Source of the DNA: Candidatus Heimdallarchaeota archaeon
Lineage (GTDB): Archaea > Asgardarchaeota > Heimdallarchaeia > JABLTI01
Reading direction: 5' to 3'
Assembly: GCA_030614005.1 (NCBI GenBank)
Contig: JAUWKS010000107.1
Span: 1-6,848, forward strand
Length of the DNA: 6,848 bases
Shown: positions 6,435-6,848 of the stretch, piece by piece
Position numbering within the stretch: position 1 is the first letter of the stretch
Layout of the letters: every line of letters begins with the position of its first letter
Position numbers and translations under genes: made by a program
Notes under the pieces: generated by a model
The model's database searches: none
Seen by the model: only the letters and a program-made list of their open reading frames with translations
Told to the model about the DNA's origin: nothing

Positions 6435-6848
6435 ATGATAGCTAGACAACCGCATAACACTAACCAAGGGAACATATTAAAAGTTGCTGTGCTTGGATTA
6501 GGATCTGTTGGTAAAACAACAATATCCAAAGGTTACACAGGAGAAATGACTGATCCTAATGAAATTTCTATGACTAAAGGAGTCGATATTACTATAAAGA
6601 GAATAGCACAACTTGATGAAGCGGTAACTCTTCAGATATGGGATTTTGCTGGTCAAAGGCAGTTCAGGTTCATGATAGATGTATTTCTACGAGGTGTCAA
6701 AGGTGTGATGTATGTTTACGATGTAACTGATATTGAAACCCTACTTGATCTTAGTGAATTTGTTGAACTTACCAGAAATTATCTTAAAAACCATTATTAT
6801 CCTAAAGTTCCTGAAATTTTAGTTGGAAATAAATTAGATCTGGATAAT
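6435..6848 (+). CDS. Rab-like small GTPase (Ras superfamily), 3' partial
   Basis: Translated by hand from ATG 6435, open to the window end (138 codons): MIARQPHNTNQGNILKVAVLGLGSVGKTT...SMTKGVDI...TLQIWDFAGQRQFRFMIDVFLRGVKGVMYVYDVT...EILVGNKLDLDN. Motifs G1-G4 are all present. Confidence 0.95.
   Translation, partial: MIARQPHNTNQGNILKVAVLGLGSVGKTTISKGYTGEMTDPNEISMTKGVDITIKRIAQLDEAVTLQIWDFAGQRQFRFMIDVFLRGVKGVMYVYDVTDIETLLDLSEFVELTRNYLKNHYYPKVPEILVGNKLDLDN

Noticed and set aside
1-6848. CRISPR array, IS elements, tandem repeats, rRNA
   Set aside because: No regularly spaced repeats, terminal inverted repeats with a transposase, or rRNA-like sequence were seen on either strand.

Overview
AT-rich archaeal chromosomal window, very probably Asgard. 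This is inferred from the co-occurrence of an OSTC/DC2-like protein, a tandem winged-helix UFL1/PCI-like protein, a Roadblock/LC7 protein and a Rab-like GTPase with archaeal-style TATA boxes and SD motifs. Left part: tRNA-Thr(GGT) with encoded CCA, nadE, a small putative membrane protein and a RadB-like ATPase whose Walker B Asp is replaced by Asn. An unusually structured intergenic region follows. Next are two minus-strand genes: a protein with four winged-helix repeats, and an OSTC/DC2-like oligosaccharyltransferase subunit whose last TM helix is out of frame at an A6 run. Right part: a divergent, tightly packed cluster of KaiC/RAD55-like ATPase, Roadblock/LC7, stand-alone FIST and a Rab-like small GTPase. 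The GTPase runs off the window end and is missing from the ORF track. This cluster is the best candidate for an undescribed signalling system. All family calls come from motif recognition by eye; no searches were run.
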